DNA of 64,000 nucleotides from a virus (Duplodnaviria; Caudoviricetes): IMG/VR virus record IMGVR_UViG_2740892352_000003, positions 1 to 64,000 of that record; one strand, 5' to 3'. Shown piece by piece: positions 60,016 to 64,000 of this stretch (position 1 is its first letter; each line of letters starts with the position of its first letter). The notes under the pieces were generated by a model. It saw only the letters and a program-made list of their open reading frames with translations, ran no database searches and was not told where the DNA came from. The position numbers and the translations under genes were made by a program.

Positions 60016-61431
60016 TTATTCAGTATATGTATATTTTGATATTTCACCTGTATAAATATTGACTAAATATGGTGTATATCCACCTGCATTATGCTCTATA
60101 CCATTCATATCTACATATGTATTAAATGGACGTACATATATATACATACCATCTTCCATATTTTGAGCTTCTACATGGTTTGGTAAAAATCCATGTTCTT
60201 TCATAAATAAGTCTTTTACTAAATCTTCAGCATTTTTAAATGAAACCACTTTTTCCATATGTAAATCTTCATATAAAAGTTTATAATCTGACATGTCATT
60301 TTTATTTATACATAGACGGTCGGAACACTCTTGCCCAGCAGACACATAACTAAAAACATAATAATAATTACTTCCATTTTTATAATTATCATCAACTAAG
60401 TATACTCCATCATATGGTACATTATTTATATCTCCTACTTCATAACAATTATACCAATCTTTAGCTAATTCTTTAGCTTCTTCAAGTCCAGTTTTTTTAA
60501 TTACTCCAGTATTAGAATCTCCTATTCCATTAGTGACATTCAAACATTCTTCTAGTAACTCCTCTGTTATGCCTCCAACTGTTGTAATTTTAGTGGCATT
60601 TTTTAATATTGATTTATTACTATTATTATCAACTAAAACAACTGGACTCTTTAAAGAAGAAGCTAAAAGTGCATTAGTTAAGTTCCTAGAACCAGCTATG
60701 TAAAACTCTTTTATACCATTATAAAATTGATTTATTATTTTTTTATTTGTATCAAATCTGTCAGAACCTCCCAATCTTGTTGAGTTTGTATTTTTAACTA
60801 ATGTATCATCCATTGTAGCTGTACCTCCAATTGCATATGATTTTACTTCATTAGTTGAAAATGGTATACTTTTTCCATCTGTTAATATTATCGCTGCCTT
60901 ATCTCTTGCCGCTACAGAAGCTATACTTATTGCGTCTGGCTCTCCTTTATATGCATTTGTTAGCATTACAGTATTAACTTTTTGTTTAGAGTTTATTTCT
61001 TTTGCAACATTATAACTAGTTTTTATTCTATCATCTCCATCAATTCTCTTTACATTGAATCCTTTTGACATTAACGTATTCTCTACATATTTACTTATTG
61101 ATTTTATCCCACCTATCAAATAGACTGTTTTTACTTTACTTAATCTCTTCATTGTCTCATTTGGTATGTTACTATTTTCAGATAAAAGCATTGGTGCATT
61201 TAATGTTCCTGATAATCCACTAGCACTCAAGCCATCTGCTATGGAATCACTTAAATTAACTAGTATCGCAGTATCATAACTTTGCTTATCTGCTATAAGT
61301 CCTGCTGTTTCGTATATTGTAGATACTTCAATCTCATCTACTGAATTAAGTGCATAAGATTGTTTTGGAAAACTAACTATTAACATTGTTATAACTAACC
61401 CTAGTGATAATATTTTTTTTGGTAATTTCAT
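60016..61431 (-). CDS. Cell wall-binding repeat 2 (CWB2) surface protein
   Basis: Signal peptide; three CWB2 repeats (ADGLSASGL..APMLL, GDDRIKTS, GSDRFDTN). Confidence 0.88.
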   Translation of the reverse strand: MKLPKKILSLGLVITMLIVSFPKQSYALNSVDEIEVSTIYETAGLIADKQSYDTAILVNLSDSIADGLSASGLSGTLNAPMLLSENSNIPNETMKRLSKVKTVYLIGGIKSISKYVENTLMSKGFNVKRIDGDDRIKTSYNVAKEINSKQKVNTVMLTNAYKGEPDAISIASVAARDKAAIILTDGKSIPFSTNEVKSYAIGGTATMDDTLVKNTNSTRLGGSDRFDTNKKIINQFYNGIKEFYIAGSRNLTNALLASSLKSPVVLVDNNSNKSILKNATKITTVGGITEELLEECLNVTNGIGDSNTGVIKKTGLEEAKELAKDWYNCYEVGDINNVPYDGVYLVDDNYKNGSNYYYVFSYVSAGQECSDRLCINKNDMSDYKLLYEDLHMEKVVSFKNAEDLVKDLFMKEHGFLPNHVEAQNMEDGMYIYVRPFNTYVDMNGIEHNAGGYTPYLVNIYTGEISKYTYTE

Positions 61432-61525
61432 TGTGTATCCCCCTCATTTGTTTAAATTAACCTTTACCTAAATAGTAATACATAAATACAAAAAAGTCAT
61501 CTAAATTAATAGATGACTTAATCAT

Positions 61526-62186
61526 TTATGCTACTTTTTCAATATATTTTTCATTAACAACATAAGTTTTAAACTTATGAACCACCATAATATCTTGCAT
61601 ATTCCCTAATGTCATTATAACTCTAACGCATTTATTTCTAATTTCTTCTGGTAACTCTAAACTATTTGTCAAATTAACATAATCATCATATTTGTACATA
61701 TTAGCACCTCCAAAATTAGTATTGATGATATTATATCTCTTTATTTGATTTTCATCAACAGCAAATTTCTCTCCAGTTTCAATATTTTCTAAGTAATATA
61801 ATTTTTCATAAGTATCATTAGAATAATAATTGACCTTTTCTATTACTTTACATGTCTTTTTGTTCAATTCATCACATATCTTTTCTAATATTTCACAAGA
61901 ATTATATAGATTACTTACTTCTTCTCCAAATATACATTTATGGCAAGTTTTATCATCACATCCAAATATAATATTATCTACTTTTTTTTAGTATTTCAAT
62001 TTGTTTATCAAAGTCAATATTTGAATGAGATAGCTTAAGAGCTTTTCTTGTTTCTTCTAACCACGAACATAACGTTTTTTCTATTTGACTTGTAACTATA
62101 CTTATGTTTAATATACAATCATTACAGTTTAAATTACAATTTCTAGTAGATTTTAATACATCTATTACATCTTTTATAGTATACAT
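61526..62186 (-). pseudogene. Cys-rich phage gene split by frameshift in an A8 run (track ORFs 61974-62186 and 61526-61867)
   Basis: Downstream frame is open from the A8 run (61982-61989) and encodes a second Cys cluster like the first; removing one A fuses them. Confidence 0.55.
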
Positions 62187-62194
62187 ATAGCCTC

Positions 62195-62725
62195 CTATCT
62201 TATACCAGTGCTTCCAAATCCGTCATTTCCCCTCTCAGAACTAGTCAATTCATCTACGACTTTCAATATAGCTCTTGGAACTTGCTGAAATACTCCTTGA
62301 GCTAATTTAGTATGTTTGGGAATTAGAATTTCAAAGTCTTCTTCATTATATGTAATTATTTTAATTTCACCTCTATATCCTGAATCCACTGTACCTAATC
62401 TTACAGTTGGATATACTCTAGTTAAAAAATCTTCCTTCCATGCAAATTCCTCTTTTTCTATTTCTCTACTAACAAGACTTGTAACTTTAAATAGTTTCTT
62501 CCAAGCACCCAAACCATTTAAGCTTATACCACTTCTAGGTCTGACTTGCATTTCATATCCATATGGAATTTCTAATGCTATACCTGTAGGTATTGCTACT
62601 GTTGACTTAGCTGGAATTAATGTATCTTTCAGTGTATATAAATCTATTCCACTATCACCTTCTTTTGCATAAGATGGTACTATTGCATCTTGGTTTAATT
62701 TTTTTACTTTAACATTTATACTCAT
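62195..62725 (-). CDS. dut: Trimeric dUTPase
   Basis: GDSGIDL, RPRSG, GTVDSGYRGEI, RGNDGFGSTG. Confidence 0.95.
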   Translation of the reverse strand: MSINVKVKKLNQDAIVPSYAKEGDSGIDLYTLKDTLIPAKSTVAIPTGIALEIPYGYEMQVRPRSGISLNGLGAWKKLFKVTSLVSREIEKEEFAWKEDFLTRVYPTVRLGTVDSGYRGEIKIITYNEEDFEILIPKHTKLAQGVFQQVPRAILKVVDELTSSERGNDGFGSTGIR

Positions 62726-62748
62726 TAATTTAATCTCCCTTTTTAAAA

Positions 62749-63243
62749 TTATTTATTAGTATTAAGTTTGTTTAAATAAGCTATCCCAAGTGCTATAGCA
62801 TCATATATATCACTTGTTTTAGCTTTACAAGTCCTATCAATGTACTCTCCAATATCAATAATATTTTCTCTTACATAAACAGCTACTTCTTCTTTTTTTG
62901 CTTTACCACTATTCATAAGATATTTTCTAATAGAGACTGGATACATATATTCAATCTCTATATTATTTAATTTAACAGTTCTCATTATTGCTCCTAAGAG
63001 TTTTCTTAAACTAAGAATTGTTTTAGAATTTCTTGAAGTGAATTGGTCTTCGACTAAGACTATTTGAATATTATGAGCTGTAATTATCTCTTGAATTGTA
63101 TTACAGATACAACACATTCGCTCATCTTCAGACTTGAATTTATCTTTTTTAGTTACTATTTTTCCATATTTTAATACCTTTTTATTTCTATTTATAACTG
63201 CCCATCCAGTTGAGGACATGGATATATCTAGGGCTAATACCAT
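62749..63243 (-). CDS. RuvC-like Holliday junction resolvase
   Basis: LALDISMSSTGWA, VLVED, SGKAKKEEV, DIYDAIALG. Confidence 0.85.
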   Translation of the reverse strand: MVLALDISMSSTGWAVINRNKKVLKYGKIVTKKDKFKSEDERMCCICNTIQEIITAHNIQIVLVEDQFTSRNSKTILSLRKLLGAIMRTVKLNNIEIEYMYPVSIRKYLMNSGKAKKEEVAVYVRENIIDIGEYIDRTCKAKTSDIYDAIALGIAYLNKLNTNK

Positions 63244-63815
63244 TCAATCCCTTCTTTCATATGTGTTTTGACTTGCTCTACTGCATTAATTAGATTAGTA
63301 TTATTTGGTATTGCAATATAACTTTCATTATTTAGAAAATCATTAAATTTAAGTTTATCATCTGCTAATCTTCTCTCTATTTCTTTAGCATTATCACCCC
63401 TATTAATAAGTCTTTTTCTCAATATATTTTCATCTGTATTTATAAAAAATGCTATTAACTTAGTTTTTGTTCCCATAAAATATTTTTCTAATGCCTTATA
63501 TCCACTTGCATCTACTATAGTCAAAGCATATTTTTTATTTTCTAATTCAGATTTATGTATACCATATAGCCAAGTGCTTCCATCATGAACTATATATTTT
63601 CTCATTTCAATAAAATTATTTTTTTCTTTCTTAAAGAATTTATTATTTACAAAATGATATATTCTATTAATGATTTCTGATTGGTCACGAGGAGGTCTTG
63701 TTGTGTGTGATATTAGAATTGGAATATTGAATTGCTTTGAAATTTCAGTTACTATACTATCTTTGCCTGAACCTGAATAGCCTAAAAAAACATATATTTT
63801 AATTAATTCACTCAT
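63234..63815 (-). CDS. Guanylate kinase-like protein
   Basis: GYSGSGKD P-loop, SHTTRPPR, YHFV, RLINRGD. Confidence 0.88.
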   Translation of the reverse strand: MSELIKIYVFLGYSGSGKDSIVTEISKQFNIPILISHTTRPPRDQSEIINRIYHFVNNKFFKKEKNNFIEMRKYIVHDGSTWLYGIHKSELENKKYALTIVDASGYKALEKYFMGTKTKLIAFFINTDENILRKRLINRGDNAKEIERRLADDKLKFNDFLNNESYIAIPNNTNLINAVEQVKTHMKEGIEWY

Positions 63816-64000
63816 TATTCGCTAAATTCCTTTCTATGGTTCTATTATTATAGTATAATAAATCTAAAACAGGAGGTTCATATGGAAAATTTTAAAGATT
63901 TATCTATACTTTTTAGTGCTTCTATTACTTTAATTGTATTTTTAGCAATATTTATTGACAGGATGTTGTTATCTAATACAGGTTTTTCAAGTATAACTTC

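Overview
AT-rich temperate-phage DNA, almost certainly from Clostridioides difficile (inferred from Xkd/PBSX-type tail genes, CD0904.1/CD2517.1-type toxin peptides, a CD27L-like endolysin C-terminus and a CWB2 protein). Bases 1 to ~50.3 kb form one continuous myovirus prophage: immunity-region cargo, cI/cro switch, recombination/replication, late activator, terminase, portal, head, contractile tail and fibres. After ~50.3 kb come a two-enzyme lysis cassette, two tyrosine recombinases, a probable att region and convergent dUTPase/RuvC/guanylate kinase genes that look like a second, larger phage. The standout is a compact type V-F CRISPR system between the tail chaperone and tape-measure genes. 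One intact 461-aa Cas12f1-like nuclease is flanked by two copies of a [~150-nt structured tracrRNA-like RNA + 69-nt leader + CRISPR array] module. The arrays have 7 and 16 repeats with two different 30-nt repeat sequences, and there is no cas1/2/4. The two RNA copies show compensatory base-pair changes. One spacer matches the prophage's own baseplate-hub gene at 32/37, with mostly synonymous mismatches, pointing to inter-phage competition. Other notable items: three type I TA modules, a SNIPE/PD-Lambda-1-like DUF4041 nuclease, a MuF toxin-immunity pair, anticodon-less tRNA-like mini RNAs, three antisense mini-transcripts and an in-frame TGA in the tape-measure gene. Family assignments are from motif recognition only; no searches were run.
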